Below are positions 9,743 through 19,081 of a DNA stretch of 64,000 bases, piece by piece (position 1 is the first letter of the stretch; each line of letters opens with the position of its first letter). This DNA is from an uncultured Planctomycetia bacterium (GTDB lineage: Bacteria > Planctomycetota > UBA8108). The stretch covers positions 10,313 to 74,312 of the forward strand of contig CAZTRG010000296.1 of NCBI GenBank assembly GCA_964615885.1, written 5' to 3'. The translations under genes and the position numbers were made by a program. Under the pieces are notes generated by a model that saw nothing but the letters and a program-made list of their open reading frames with translations, did no database searches and had not been told where the DNA came from.

Positions 9743-9770
9743 CCGTATTTCCCTCTAGCTGCCGGCATCT

Positions 9771-10268
9771 CTACCAGGCTTCCACCTTGAGCAGAATCTT
9801 CTCAGCAAGGTTGTCGATCGCGCGTTTTCGCGCCGCATCAATGCTCTCCCCCCGGGAAGCTGAAAGGGGCTGGGTCTCCACCACCTTCTCCTCGCGAACC
9901 TTCCTGTTGGCATAGTCTTCGATCCTGAGATCAATCCGGATGGAAACCAGCGACTCAAGCTTCTCATCCAGCTCGCCTTCGGCCAGTACCTGCTCCCTGA
10001 ATTCCCGGACCCAGCCATAGACGGTCATATCTGACTCCCCATCGGCCACCAGGCGCAGTCCCGTCCGCCCCTGGATCTCTTCACGCAAGGCAGAGGTCAG
10101 CTCGGTTTCAATGTCTCGTCTTAATGGAAAGGTCTGGTTCGTAAAGGTCGGCACCGCAATACGGTAGACTCCCCTGGGAGTCTGTACCCCAAGCCGGTAA
10201 CCACAACCCTGCAAGAGGAGGGTGGCTGCGTAAAACAGGAACAGAATACCTATTTGATGCCTGGTCAC
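9771..10268 (-). CDS. lptE: LPS-assembly lipoprotein LptE-like
   Basis: Lipobox LLLQGC followed by GCGYRL (compare E. coli LptE ...ITAGCGWHLR). About 165 aa, a typical size. Adjacent to a bamD-like gene. Similarity judged from memory only. Confidence 0.5.
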   Translation of the reverse strand: MTRHQIGILFLFYAATLLLQGCGYRLGVQTPRGVYRIAVPTFTNQTFPLRRDIETELTSALREEIQGRTGLRLVADGESDMTVYGWVREFREQVLAEGELDEKLESLVSIRIDLRIEDYANRKVREEKVVETQPLSASRGESIDAARKRAIDNLAEKILLKVEAW

Positions 10269-11278
10269 TGGCTCGTTGTCTTTTCGATCCGGCTGCGTAT
10301 TTCCCGGGCCTCACGCGCTGCCAGGGAGTTGGGGAAATTATCAAGCACAACCCGAAGGTAGATATCACAGGCGCGCAGCTCACTCTCATTGAGATAAAAC
10401 TTGGCGATCCTCAGGTTCTTTTCCCCCTCCAGCTCATTGATCTCACGAAGCTTCCCCCTGGCCTCCTCCCAGTATTCACCGCGAGGATAACTCTGAAGAT
10501 AGTTTTTGAAACGCCGGCGGGACTGCAGGAGCTTGTTCTCATCATAGACTGCGCCTCGTACCTGGAGGTACTCCGCCAGCGCAGACTTGTATTCAGCCAG
10601 CTCCTTCCACTCGCTCTCAGACATCTTCACGATGCTGTCATAGAGCAGAACGGATTCCGCATACTTTCCCTGGTCATAATAATAATTGGCCACCTCGAGG
10701 TAGGCATCATCGGCAAAGGAAAGATAGGGATTCTCCGTGACCAGGCCATCGACGGGGTCCAGCAGTATATCGATCCCGTAATCCGGTGAAGACACCTGGA
10801 AAACCTTCAACATGGACCTGGTCTTTCTCTCCTTGAGATAAGCCAGCGCGATTTCAAAGACCCTCCTGCGAGCCTTGTCGATGAGCTCCGGCGATGGGAA
10901 ATCCTCCTGGTAGACCTTCCTGTAGTACTCGAGAGCATCTTCGTAGCGACCCAGCTGGTAGCAGCATTCCCCGAGGTAGAATCGGAGGTCCAGCATCTTC
11001 GCTGCCGCAGTGGAATCGTCAAGAAACCTGAGAGCTGCCAGCGCATCTGCATAGGCCCCTGCCTCAAAGGCCTTCAGCGCCTCCATACGCACCCGCGCGC
11101 TGGAGCCCCATGCACCAGACGCAGGAAGGATCCACCCGCTCTCTGCTGTCCACCTCGTATCACCCGCTCCGTTTTCAATCCTGGGGCTGTCATCAGCCTC
11201 CGGAATCTGGGGGCTGGCACAGCCCAGCGCCAACAAAACGCACAGCAGGCTCGCCAGAGAACGACCTTTCAAAATCAT
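10265..11278 (-). CDS. bamD: TPR lipoprotein, BamD (YfiO)-like outer-membrane assembly factor
   Basis: Lipobox LLALGC. TPR pairs with the BamD-like C-terminal pattern (LRIAKFYLNESELRACDIYLRVVLDNFPNS, compare E. coli [28 protein letters not shown]). Overlaps the lptE-like start by 4 bp. Confidence 0.55.
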   Translation of the reverse strand: MILKGRSLASLLCVLLALGCASPQIPEADDSPRIENGAGDTRWTAESGWILPASGAWGSSARVRMEALKAFEAGAYADALAALRFLDDSTAAAKMLDLRFYLGECCYQLGRYEDALEYYRKVYQEDFPSPELIDKARRRVFEIALAYLKERKTRSMLKVFQVSSPDYGIDILLDPVDGLVTENPYLSFADDAYLEVANYYYDQGKYAESVLLYDSIVKMSESEWKELAEYKSALAEYLQVRGAVYDENKLLQSRRRFKNYLQSYPRGEYWEEARGKLREINELEGEKNLRIAKFYLNESELRACDIYLRVVLDNFPNSLAAREAREIRSRIEKTTSQ

Positions 11279-11327
11279 CTACTGCATCCCTCCATGAGAG
11301 TCCGGCAAAAAGAGACTGCCGGAAAAG

Positions 11328-12095
11328 CTACAACCAACTGGCCTGATATCTTAACATCTTGAGCGGACGTTCCAACAGGGCGGTAAAACTGTGTGCCAGG
11401 CACAAATGTACCTGTCTGAAATTCTTTTTCTCCAGCCCATTAGACGAGGGCGGGGCAGGTTGCTGCGACAGGTCCTTCAACAGGCGGACCCCGCTACCCG
11501 GCAGAGTAATTGACCCACCGGGGATGGTCTGGGATTTCCCGTTACACTCTCTGCAGACAAGCCCTCCTGCCAGCGGATTAAAATAGGCGGGGCGACTCCC
11601 ACCCGGCCACGGCAAAGCGCAAACAGCGCAGGCATCAACGGATCCCAGGAAGCCCAGCAGGTGAAGGGCGCGGATCTCAAAATGCAGCATATACCAGGGA
11701 ATCTTTTCCACAGAATCAGTCGAGAAGAACGTCAGGGTTCGCACCGCAAGATCAAAAAGTTCGGGATTACGGTCAGCCGGCAGGCTGACACCACGTAGAA
11801 ACTCCAAGAGCTGGCTGGCAGCTATGTACCTTTTCCAGCAGGTGCGAAGTCCCCTCCAACCATCAACCACCTCCGCTTCTGCAAGGATTGACAGACCGGG
11901 ATTCCTCCGCTTCAGGTAGACAAGATCATAGATCGCCGCAAGATCAAATGGACCCTGGAATGAGTTCTTCGGTCGATGGGCACCCTTTGCAATCCCCTCC
12001 AGGAGCCCCTCCTCCCGGCTGAAAAGGGATACAACCTGGCTGGTATTGCTGTAGTCTACGCAGCGAATGGGAATAGCTAGGGTCTTACGTTTCAC
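11328..12095 (-). CDS. recO: DNA repair protein RecO
   Basis: N-terminal OB-fold region (LAIPIRCVDYSNTSQVVSLFSREEGLLEGIAKGA) and C-terminal Zn-finger cysteines (CAVCA...CREC). Confidence 0.8.
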   Translation of the reverse strand: MKRKTLAIPIRCVDYSNTSQVVSLFSREEGLLEGIAKGAHRPKNSFQGPFDLAAIYDLVYLKRRNPGLSILAEAEVVDGWRGLRTCWKRYIAASQLLEFLRGVSLPADRNPELFDLAVRTLTFFSTDSVEKIPWYMLHFEIRALHLLGFLGSVDACAVCALPWPGGSRPAYFNPLAGGLVCRECNGKSQTIPGGSITLPGSGVRLLKDLSQQPAPPSSNGLEKKNFRQVHLCLAHSFTALLERPLKMLRYQASWL

Positions 12096-12161
12096 CTCTG
12101 GGTACAGCCTCTAAGCTGGACAGTCACAAATCCGGCTTCTGCCGGGGATGGGAGAGCCTGT

Positions 12162-13475
12162 TTATCCAGGTCCCTCAGCAACACTTCCATCTCCTTCGGA
12201 AATCTGCAATTCCAGGCGGTAGACACGCCGCCCATCCGCACTGGTTACCTTGAAATGTACCCCGTTTAAATCAAAGGTATCACCGATGGCGGGTATCCTG
12301 CCCATACTGGAAAAGACAAAACCACCAATGGTGTCGTAGTTGTCATTCTCAGGAATACCGAGGTCAAGCTCCTCGTTGAGATCGTCAATGTGCACCGCCG
12401 CATCGACACTGACCAGGCCCTCCTCCAGGCGTTGGATCGGCTCCAGGTCCTCCTTCTGCTCGTACTCATCACTGATCTCGCCGACAATCTCCTCGATCAC
12501 ATCCTCAATCGTAACCAGCCCATCAGTCCCACCATGCTCATCAAGCACAATGGCTATGTGAAGACGGTGCTGCTTGAACTCCTGGAGCAGATCGTCAATT
12601 TTCTTTGATCCGCTTACCCGGTAGGGGCTGCGTACGATGGATTCAAGACTGATATCTTCCTTGCCGTACAGGCTCTTGAGCAGATCCTTTACATAGAGGA
12701 TGCCCACGATGTTGTCTTTGCTTTCACTGTAGACCGGAATTCTTGAGAGCCCGCAATCAATGGCCTTTTCCAGGTTTGAATCGAGGGGTTCTTCCAGCTC
12801 GAGGCAGATCATCTCCGTGCGGGGAGTCATCACCTCTGAAACGGAAACATCGCCAAAGGAAATGATCGATTCGATCATGTCGATCTCTTCGGACTCCAGC
12901 AAACCTTCGCGCTCAACCTCTTCCGCCTTGGAGAGCAGCTCTTCCTCCAGGATAGAGGCCGAGTCTCTGTGCGAGCTGCGCCCGAAAATCCGGGCAAGCG
13001 GCCGCAGGATCCCTTCCAGCAGCCAGCGAGCAGGAGCGAAACAGGCGTGCAGGAAACGAATGAGCCTGGAAAAGCGCGCCAACCAGGCCTCCGGCCAGAG
13101 CCTGCCGATGATGGAAGCCAACAGCTCCAGGACCAGGATCTGCACCCCGGCAATCTTCAGGACCAGGCCCCCGAAAAGAAGAGCTGTTTCCGTACTCAGC
13201 CGAAAACCATCCCCTGGCAGGCCATCCAGAAGTATGCAGCAGGACACAACGCACCTCAGGACGATATCGAGGTTCCCCAGGGTGCCTTCGTAATCTTCCT
13301 TGAAGCGGGCAAAGCGCTCAACGCGCTCCTGGCTCCAATCAACAGACCTCTCCAGCAAGGCCTTCCGGGAAAACCGTTCGGTAGCCTTCCGGCAGATAGA
13401 GATGAAGAGCCCTGCCGCAATGAATGCGAGAGAAACCACCAGCCAGAAATGTCCATACGCCAGCAGTGCGTCCAA
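12162..13475 (-). CDS. CNNM/CorC-HlyC family transporter (DUF21 TM domain, CBS pair, CorC_HlyC domain)
   Basis: N-terminal polytopic DUF21 region. CBS pair (VSEVMTPRTEMICLE...RIPVYSESKDNIVGILYVKDLL; HIAIVLDEHGGTDGLVTIEDVIEEIVGEI). C-terminal transporter-associated domain (DGRRVYRLELQI). Confidence 0.8.
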   Translation of the reverse strand: MDALLAYGHFWLVVSLAFIAAGLFISICRKATERFSRKALLERSVDWSQERVERFARFKEDYEGTLGNLDIVLRCVVSCCILLDGLPGDGFRLSTETALLFGGLVLKIAGVQILVLELLASIIGRLWPEAWLARFSRLIRFLHACFAPARWLLEGILRPLARIFGRSSHRDSASILEEELLSKAEEVEREGLLESEEIDMIESIISFGDVSVSEVMTPRTEMICLELEEPLDSNLEKAIDCGLSRIPVYSESKDNIVGILYVKDLLKSLYGKEDISLESIVRSPYRVSGSKKIDDLLQEFKQHRLHIAIVLDEHGGTDGLVTIEDVIEEIVGEISDEYEQKEDLEPIQRLEEGLVSVDAAVHIDDLNEELDLGIPENDNYDTIGGFVFSSMGRIPAIGDTFDLNGVHFKVTSADGRRVYRLELQISEGDGSVAEGPG

Positions 13476-13541
13476 TTCTACCTCTGCTAAAGTGCACCCA
13501 TTAACCTGGGAGCTGCCTGATCTGCAACCCCTTCTAAACGC

Positions 13542-16500
13542 TTACTTATCTGCATCTTCACCCGCTTCCGGCCCTTCCTGCTCAACCCCTTCCGGGCTGC
13601 CCTCCTCCGCAGGTTCGCCACCGGCCTCCGGAGCGCCGCCGGCTTGCTCCTGGGCCTTCTTGAAATCCTCTGCCAGCTCGTTCACCAGGCGCCCGACATT
13701 GCCCTGGCGCTGATGAAGACGCTCAAGCGTCCGCGACCACTGCTCTGAACCCTGGCCATCGTTGCTCTGGCGGAAATCTTCAAGCTGCCCTGTCTGCCGG
13801 TTGATCTCAAGCTGCAGATTCTTGAGCATCAGCAATTCTGCCAGGATCGTCACCAGGGGTTGCCTTCCCTGCTGCTGCAGCTGCTGTTGCTGTTGCTGCT
13901 GCTGTTGTTGTTGCTGTTGCTGCTGCTGGCGCTTCATCAGCTCGAGCTGTTCCTGCAGGGAAGCCATCATCCTCTCCAGGTCGACAACAATTTCCTTCTG
14001 CAGAAACTGGGTAAAGGAATCCGTCTCAAGCTCCAGGAGAAGATCCCGAACCTGTTGCATATCGGCGCTCACATTGTTCAGCATAAAGCTGAAGACCTTG
14101 GAGGACTCTTCCTCAAGGCGCCCGATCAACGAGACCACCTTCTGCGCCAGCTCCCCTTCACCCTGCGCGAGAGGTTCGAGAAGACGCTGCAGAGAGGCTC
14201 TCCTGCGGCGGCTCAAGCGCCCGCTGGGCCTGCTCTCCTGGGCCTTGGCCGTCCCCGCATTGATCTCCAGCTGGGCATCCCTTGCCTCGGTCAACTCGTT
14301 GATCATCGAGACAAGCTCCTGCTCACGCTTTAACTCCGCGAGGCTTTCCTCCTCTCTACGAAGCTCTTCCTCCTGCTGCTGCAGCTTCGCGAGGGCATCC
14401 TCCTGGTTCTTCTCAGCCTCTTCCGGGTTATCCTTCTCCAGGTTTTCAGAGGCCTTCTTCATGTCCCTTGAGGCTTCCTCAAGTTGTTGAGAGCGCTGCT
14501 GCTGCCCGGATGACTTGCTCTGCCGTGCAGCCTGCGAGGTCTGCCGCGACAGCTCTTCCTGCTCCTGGGCCTCCTTCTCAAATTTTTTGCGCCGCTCGAG
14601 CCTGGCCAGCTCTTCTTTTTTCTCCTCCTCAACAGCCTCTTCAGCCTTCTTGAGTTGCTCAAGAGCTTCTTCCTGCTTCTTACGGCTCAGCTCCCTGCGG
14701 CCCTGGGCCGAATCCCTCATCTTGCTGGCAGCCTGCTCCAGGGACCTGGAAATTTCCTGGAGACGTCCAGGCTCCTGCTGGTCCTTGCGCCGGAGCTTCC
14801 GTTCAAGCCGATCGGCCTCTTTCGCTGCCTCCTCCGTCTTGCGGGAAAGTTTCCTGCTAAGGTCACGGCGCTTTTCTTCCTCTGAACGCTTCGCAAGACC
14901 CTCCCTTGCTTTTTGCAGCTCCTTGCTGGCCTGCTCAAGAGCAGCGCCAGCCTCCCTTCCGGACTGCTCGGCCTGTTCCCTGCGTGCTTCGCTGAGCGAC
15001 TCCCTGGCCTGCCTCATCGCCTGCGATGCTTTCTGGAACAGGGAGGCCCCTCTCTTCAGTGCCTCGCGCGCTGATTCAGAAAAGCTCTTCTGTGCCTGCT
15101 CCCCCAGCTGGGCAGAGGATGCCGACGCCTTGCGCGCCAGCCGGCTCTCCTCCTGTTCAAGACCCGCCGTCTGCAGGGAGTTCCTGGCCCGGGCCTCCTT
15201 CAGCTGGCGGCTAATCTCCTCCCTGGCCTTCTCCAGCTCTTCCACCGCAGCAGCCTGGTTCTTTTCCGCCCCGGCGAAGTCTCCCTGCTGGATTTTCCTG
15301 CCGGCCTGCTCATTCTTTCCCGCAGCTGCCGAAAAGTTCTCCCTGGCCTCCCCGGGCAACTCCGCATTCTCAGACTCTTTGCCAAGGCGCTGAATTTTCC
15401 CCTGCAGATCCGCCGTACGGCTCTCCAGCTCCGACTTCAAGCGCGAGATCTCCTGGGCGGCTCGTGCCTGCTCCAGCTCACTGACCCCCTTGCGAATCCT
15501 GGGCTCGGTCTTCTTTCCGGGATCTTTTTCCGACGGCTGGCCCTGCTTCCCAGCCTCCTGCCCGGTTTCCTTTCCGGCTTCCTTTCCGGCTTCCTTCCCA
15601 TCTCCTGGGGTCTTTTCCGTTTTCTCGGGACTGTCATCGCCGGGTGAGTCCTTGCCGGCATCTTTCCCCGGTTGATTTTCACCGCCACCGGACGGCTTTT
15701 CATTACCGCCTTCTTTACCGGTCTTGCCGGGTGAGTCCTGGCCGGCCTCGGGGCTCCCCGCTTTTGCAGCTCCGGCCATTTGCTTCAGCTCTTCAGCCCT
15801 CGATCCAAGGTCGCGCAGGTCTCCGGTCAATCCCCGGGCCTGCCGGATGAGGCCATCGAGCTCCTCAAGAACCTTCTTTGCATCCGCGATGGTCTCCTGG
15901 TCCTTCCGGGACTCTTTACCGCCGGGCAATTTCTCTATTCCCTCGTTAACCCTTTCCTGCAGCTTCTGCAGGGCCTGGGCCTCTGCGAGGGCGCTCTCAA
16001 TCGCCTCACGGTCCAGGGCCTTCCCCTCCGAATCGATTTGATCTACCGGCTTGCCATCAAGCAGCCCCTTCTGCATCTCCAGGGCCTTCCTGATCATCTC
16101 CTGGAGATCCTCCAGCTGGGCTGAATTCTGTTTCGATTCAAGAAACTCCCGGGTCTTATCCAGCAGGCGCTCCTGTTGCTGCTTGAGCTCTGCGGCGATT
16201 TGCCGGTCCTTCTTGAGCTGCTCCAATTGCTTGCCGGTACGGTCCTCGCTGAACTGGCTGGCCTCCAGCACGGAGAGGATTCCCTCGATGACCTTGATCG
16301 CATCATTCTGGCTGGAGACAGCCTCGATAAACTGCTTGTTGGAGAGCATTCCCTCAATCTGGGAGAGGGTGTCAGGCAGGCGCTGGTTCCTGATCTGGCG
16401 GGCAGCCTCTCTCAGGCGCTCCGCATCCTCGGGCTCACTGGCCTCCAGCTTTGCAGCCACCTTCTCCATGTCATTGGCAAGCTTGATGACGATGGCCCGG

Positions 16501-16685
16501 ATCTGTTCCTGCTCGCGCGAGAGCTCCTGGTCGGAGGCCTGCTGCGGCTGCCCCAGGGCTTCTGATGTGGCAAGCGGACACCAGGCCAGGAAACAGATAA
16601 AGCTGACTCTGCAAAGAACTAACCGATTTGGCATGATCAGATACATCTTAACCGACTGTAAGCACGAAGGCATCCCACTCCTCAT
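13542..16685 (-). CDS. Secreted 1047-aa coiled-coil protein, E/K/R/Q/A-rich, with a ~21-residue polyglutamine tract. Last gene of the MoxR/BatA-like operon.
   Basis: Signal peptide (LVLCRVSFICFLAWCPLATSEA). Long heptad-like charged segments. Q17-L-Q3 run. GKEA tandem repeats. ATGA start/stop overlap with the upstream gene at 16682-16685. Confidence 0.6.
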   Translation of the reverse strand: MRSGMPSCLQSVKMYLIMPNRLVLCRVSFICFLAWCPLATSEALGQPQQASDQELSREQEQIRAIVIKLANDMEKVAAKLEASEPEDAERLREAARQIRNQRLPDTLSQIEGMLSNKQFIEAVSSQNDAIKVIEGILSVLEASQFSEDRTGKQLEQLKKDRQIAAELKQQQERLLDKTREFLESKQNSAQLEDLQEMIRKALEMQKGLLDGKPVDQIDSEGKALDREAIESALAEAQALQKLQERVNEGIEKLPGGKESRKDQETIADAKKVLEELDGLIRQARGLTGDLRDLGSRAEELKQMAGAAKAGSPEAGQDSPGKTGKEGGNEKPSGGGENQPGKDAGKDSPGDDSPEKTEKTPGDGKEAGKEAGKETGQEAGKQGQPSEKDPGKKTEPRIRKGVSELEQARAAQEISRLKSELESRTADLQGKIQRLGKESENAELPGEARENFSAAAGKNEQAGRKIQQGDFAGAEKNQAAAVEELEKAREEISRQLKEARARNSLQTAGLEQEESRLARKASASSAQLGEQAQKSFSESAREALKRGASLFQKASQAMRQARESLSEARREQAEQSGREAGAALEQASKELQKAREGLAKRSEEEKRRDLSRKLSRKTEEAAKEADRLERKLRRKDQQEPGRLQEISRSLEQAASKMRDSAQGRRELSRKKQEEALEQLKKAEEAVEEEKKEELARLERRKKFEKEAQEQEELSRQTSQAARQSKSSGQQQRSQQLEEASRDMKKASENLEKDNPEEAEKNQEDALAKLQQQEEELRREEESLAELKREQELVSMINELTEARDAQLEINAGTAKAQESRPSGRLSRRRRASLQRLLEPLAQGEGELAQKVVSLIGRLEEESSKVFSFMLNNVSADMQQVRDLLLELETDSFTQFLQKEIVVDLERMMASLQEQLELMKRQQQQQQQQQQQQQQQQLQQQGRQPLVTILAELLMLKNLQLEINRQTGQLEDFRQSNDGQGSEQWSRTLERLHQRQGNVGRLVNELAEDFKKAQEQAGGAPEAGGEPAEEGSPEGVEQEGPEAGEDADK
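13868..13928. repeat. Imperfect trinucleotide repeat (CTG/TTG)n on the plus strand, equal to (CAG/CAA)n on the coding strand, encoding polyQ
   Basis: ctgctgctgcagctgctgttgctgttgctgctgctgttgttgttgctgttgctgctgctg read directly. About 20 units with mixed synonymous codons. Confidence 0.9.
15564..15599. repeat. Three tandem 12-bp units (ggtttcctttcc / ggcttcctttcc / ggcttccttccc) encoding GKEA-type tetrapeptide repeats in the coiled-coil protein
   Basis: Read from the sequence. The protein shows ...GKEAGKEAGKETGQEAGKQ... Confidence 0.8.
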
Positions 16686-19081
16686 TCTTCTTCCTCCGGT
16701 TCACCCTCACCGCCCCCGAGAAGATTCCTGGTATTGTCACGCAGCCCTTCCTGGCGGCGCTTGATCTCCCTCATCAACTGGATGAGCCCACGCAAATCGC
16801 CGAATTCACTCATTCGTACAACAATAGACTCAAGGTCTCTCTCTACCTCGAGCTGAGAACCAACAATCCTGCCCAGGCTGGCCGGATCCTGGTCCGATTC
16901 CTGGACCAGCGAACGAAGCTCATCGAGCTCCCCCGCGATCCGGTCAGATTTGAGCTTTGAGATCTCAGTTAATTCTTTCTCCAGCCCGGTGAGCCAGTCC
17001 TTCCACTTCTGCTCGCCCACCTTGTTGATCTTCATCTTGGCGAGCAGCCGGCCGAGGTTCCCCGACAGGTCGAGCAATCCTTCCGAAACCCGTACCTGGT
17101 CCTGGCGATGCCGGGAGATGCGTCCGGCCGAATCCTTTCCCAGTTTCTTTCCGAGAAGAAACTGGCTCTGCGATTCCTCGAGGTCCTTTCTTACCGATTC
17201 CTGTCGTCCCCTCAGCCTGTCGGCAATATCACGCAGGGCCATGACCTCACGGGCATACTGGTCCTCGAGATACTCCGGATCAACCACCTGCAGAAGGTAT
17301 TCCTGGGACACTCCGATATTTCCCTTCCCCCCTCCCCCATCACCGAAATCCTCCGCAAGAACAAAGAATTGAAACCGCGCACCCGATGAAGGAGCGCCAC
17401 CATCTCCCCCACCAAGCTCAGCGACCTTCAGGACATACGGATCAAGCTCCGGCTCGCTCTCTCCCCCCGCCGGGCCGGCAGCCGAGACATCGAGCAGGGT
17501 CACCAGGTTGCGCTCAGGCTCGGTCTCTCCGGCAGAATAATAGCTGCCCTGGAGTTCGATTTTTTTCACTGCGTAGTCGTCCTTGATAACTGCAAGGATG
17601 GGAACCTCCGCACGAGGCGACACGTCTTCTGTCAGCCGTTGCGGCTCAACAATCCTCACCACCGGCTTGCGATCGGCGACCGCCTGGATCCTGAAACGCT
17701 CCGATTGAGTACTTCGAAATCCTCCCGGATCTTCAAACTGGAAGAAATAGCTGCCGCTTCCCTCGACCACGAAATTCCCGCTGAACCGCCTTCCCTCTGT
17801 AATCTCCAGGGTGGCGGCTTCCGGGTCAGGCCAGCTGGAGTCCTTTGCCCCGGCAACCTCTTTTTCATCGACCCCTTTTTTCAAAACCAGGTAGGCCTTG
17901 GCAATCTCAACATTGGCTGCCAGCCTGAAGCTGACCTTCGTTCCCGCGGGCACCTTCAAATTACCGTGGCGCTGAACAACCTCTTCAGCACTCTTGCCGG
18001 TATAGACCGGGTTGCGGTAGGCCACCCTGTTGAAGCCCCCCTCCTCCCACTCCTTCATATCGATCCTCGGACGGTTGCGGACCTTGACCTCTACCCATTC
18101 TGTCTCATCCTCGCCGCTGCCATCGAAGGCCTTGAAACTGAAAGCCTTGCTTACATTTCTGAATACATAGGCAAAGCGCCTGGAGCCCTGGCTCGACTCC
18201 ATGGGCTTCCTTCCACCTGAACCATCCTCGAGCTTCCACTCTATCTCGACAATCCTTGGCGAGCCCCGCAGGACACGTACCGCAACAGACAGGTCATCTC
18301 CAACGGCGACAAACTCCGGAGTGCCCTCCTCGATCTCCAGCTGGATACTCTTTGGCCAGTCCACCGACCTGTCGAGAAACACGTTTCTCTGCAGCCAGAT
18401 TGCTGCGAGATCCGGCTGCCAGCCGGCCCCTGCGCCGATCGTAGCTGCCGCCAGGCAAAAGATGCCGAAATTCAACTTCAGGCGCCTGAGATCTATAACC
18501 TTGCCGGAGAGAAGCGAACCAGCCCCTGACTCAACCTCCTCGACCACCGAATCAAGCATCTCCCGGGAGACATCACGGGATCCGGCGCTCTCAGCGCGGC
18601 AGAGCTCAACAGCGGTAACCAGCGCCTGGTTGAGCTCCGGGTTGGCCTCCTCTATAAGCATCGCCAGCTCAGGATCCTCAAGCTTGCGCGAAAGCGGCGC
18701 CAGGACTCCCCGCATAAGCAGCCAGAGAAACCCGGCGGAAGCCCCAAGCAGGAAAACCAGCCTGGCCGCAAAGGGCAATCCCCTCGACTGGCCGGAGCCC
18801 ACCAGGTTGAGGAAATAATCGAGCCCGAAAGAAACCAGCAAGGCGAGGGCCACGATGGATCCCAGGCGCAAAAGACCGCGCAGGAATGAAATCGTGCGGA
18901 TCTTCCGGCGTAGCAGGGCAAGGATCTGCAGGCTCCGCTGCGGCGTCTTTCCTGGTGTTGAGGTCGAGCCTGTCAAAGGATCAGTTTTCCGTGATCGGCA
19001 GATACTGGTTCGGATATTGCAGGATGATCGACGCCATGGCGGTTGCATAGTTGGAGCCCACCAGGTCGGTCCACTGGCCAC
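16682..19081 (-). CDS. Membrane protein with two N-terminal TM helices, a ~680-aa extracytoplasmic region and a C-terminal coiled coil. Part of the MoxR/BatA-like operon.
   Basis: TM segments (LGSIVALALLVSFGLDYFL; LVFLLGASAGFLWLLM). Gly/acidic stretches (GGGDGGAPSSG, DFGDGGGGKG). The annotated ATG at 19081 overlaps the upstream gene by 100 nt; a TTG at 18976, 5 nt after the upstream stop, is an alternative start. Confidence 0.45.
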   Translation of the reverse strand: MASGPTWWAPTMQPPWRRSSCNIRTSICRSRKTDPLTGSTSTPGKTPQRSLQILALLRRKIRTISFLRGLLRLGSIVALALLVSFGLDYFLNLVGSGQSRGLPFAARLVFLLGASAGFLWLLMRGVLAPLSRKLEDPELAMLIEEANPELNQALVTAVELCRAESAGSRDVSREMLDSVVEEVESGAGSLLSGKVIDLRRLKLNFGIFCLAAATIGAGAGWQPDLAAIWLQRNVFLDRSVDWPKSIQLEIEEGTPEFVAVGDDLSVAVRVLRGSPRIVEIEWKLEDGSGGRKPMESSQGSRRFAYVFRNVSKAFSFKAFDGSGEDETEWVEVKVRNRPRIDMKEWEEGGFNRVAYRNPVYTGKSAEEVVQRHGNLKVPAGTKVSFRLAANVEIAKAYLVLKKGVDEKEVAGAKDSSWPDPEAATLEITEGRRFSGNFVVEGSGSYFFQFEDPGGFRSTQSERFRIQAVADRKPVVRIVEPQRLTEDVSPRAEVPILAVIKDDYAVKKIELQGSYYSAGETEPERNLVTLLDVSAAGPAGGESEPELDPYVLKVAELGGGDGGAPSSGARFQFFVLAEDFGDGGGGKGNIGVSQEYLLQVVDPEYLEDQYAREVMALRDIADRLRGRQESVRKDLEESQSQFLLGKKLGKDSAGRISRHRQDQVRVSEGLLDLSGNLGRLLAKMKINKVGEQKWKDWLTGLEKELTEISKLKSDRIAGELDELRSLVQESDQDPASLGRIVGSQLEVERDLESIVVRMSEFGDLRGLIQLMREIKRRQEGLRDNTRNLLGGGEGEPEEEE

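Noticed and set aside
13762-15393. Plus-strand ORFs 13762..14490, 13860..14333 and 14515..15393 (poly-L / poly-C / Ser-rich translations)
   Set aside because: Antisense of the coiled-coil polyQ gene. The poly-Leu and poly-Cys runs are simply the CAG/CAA repeat read in other frames.
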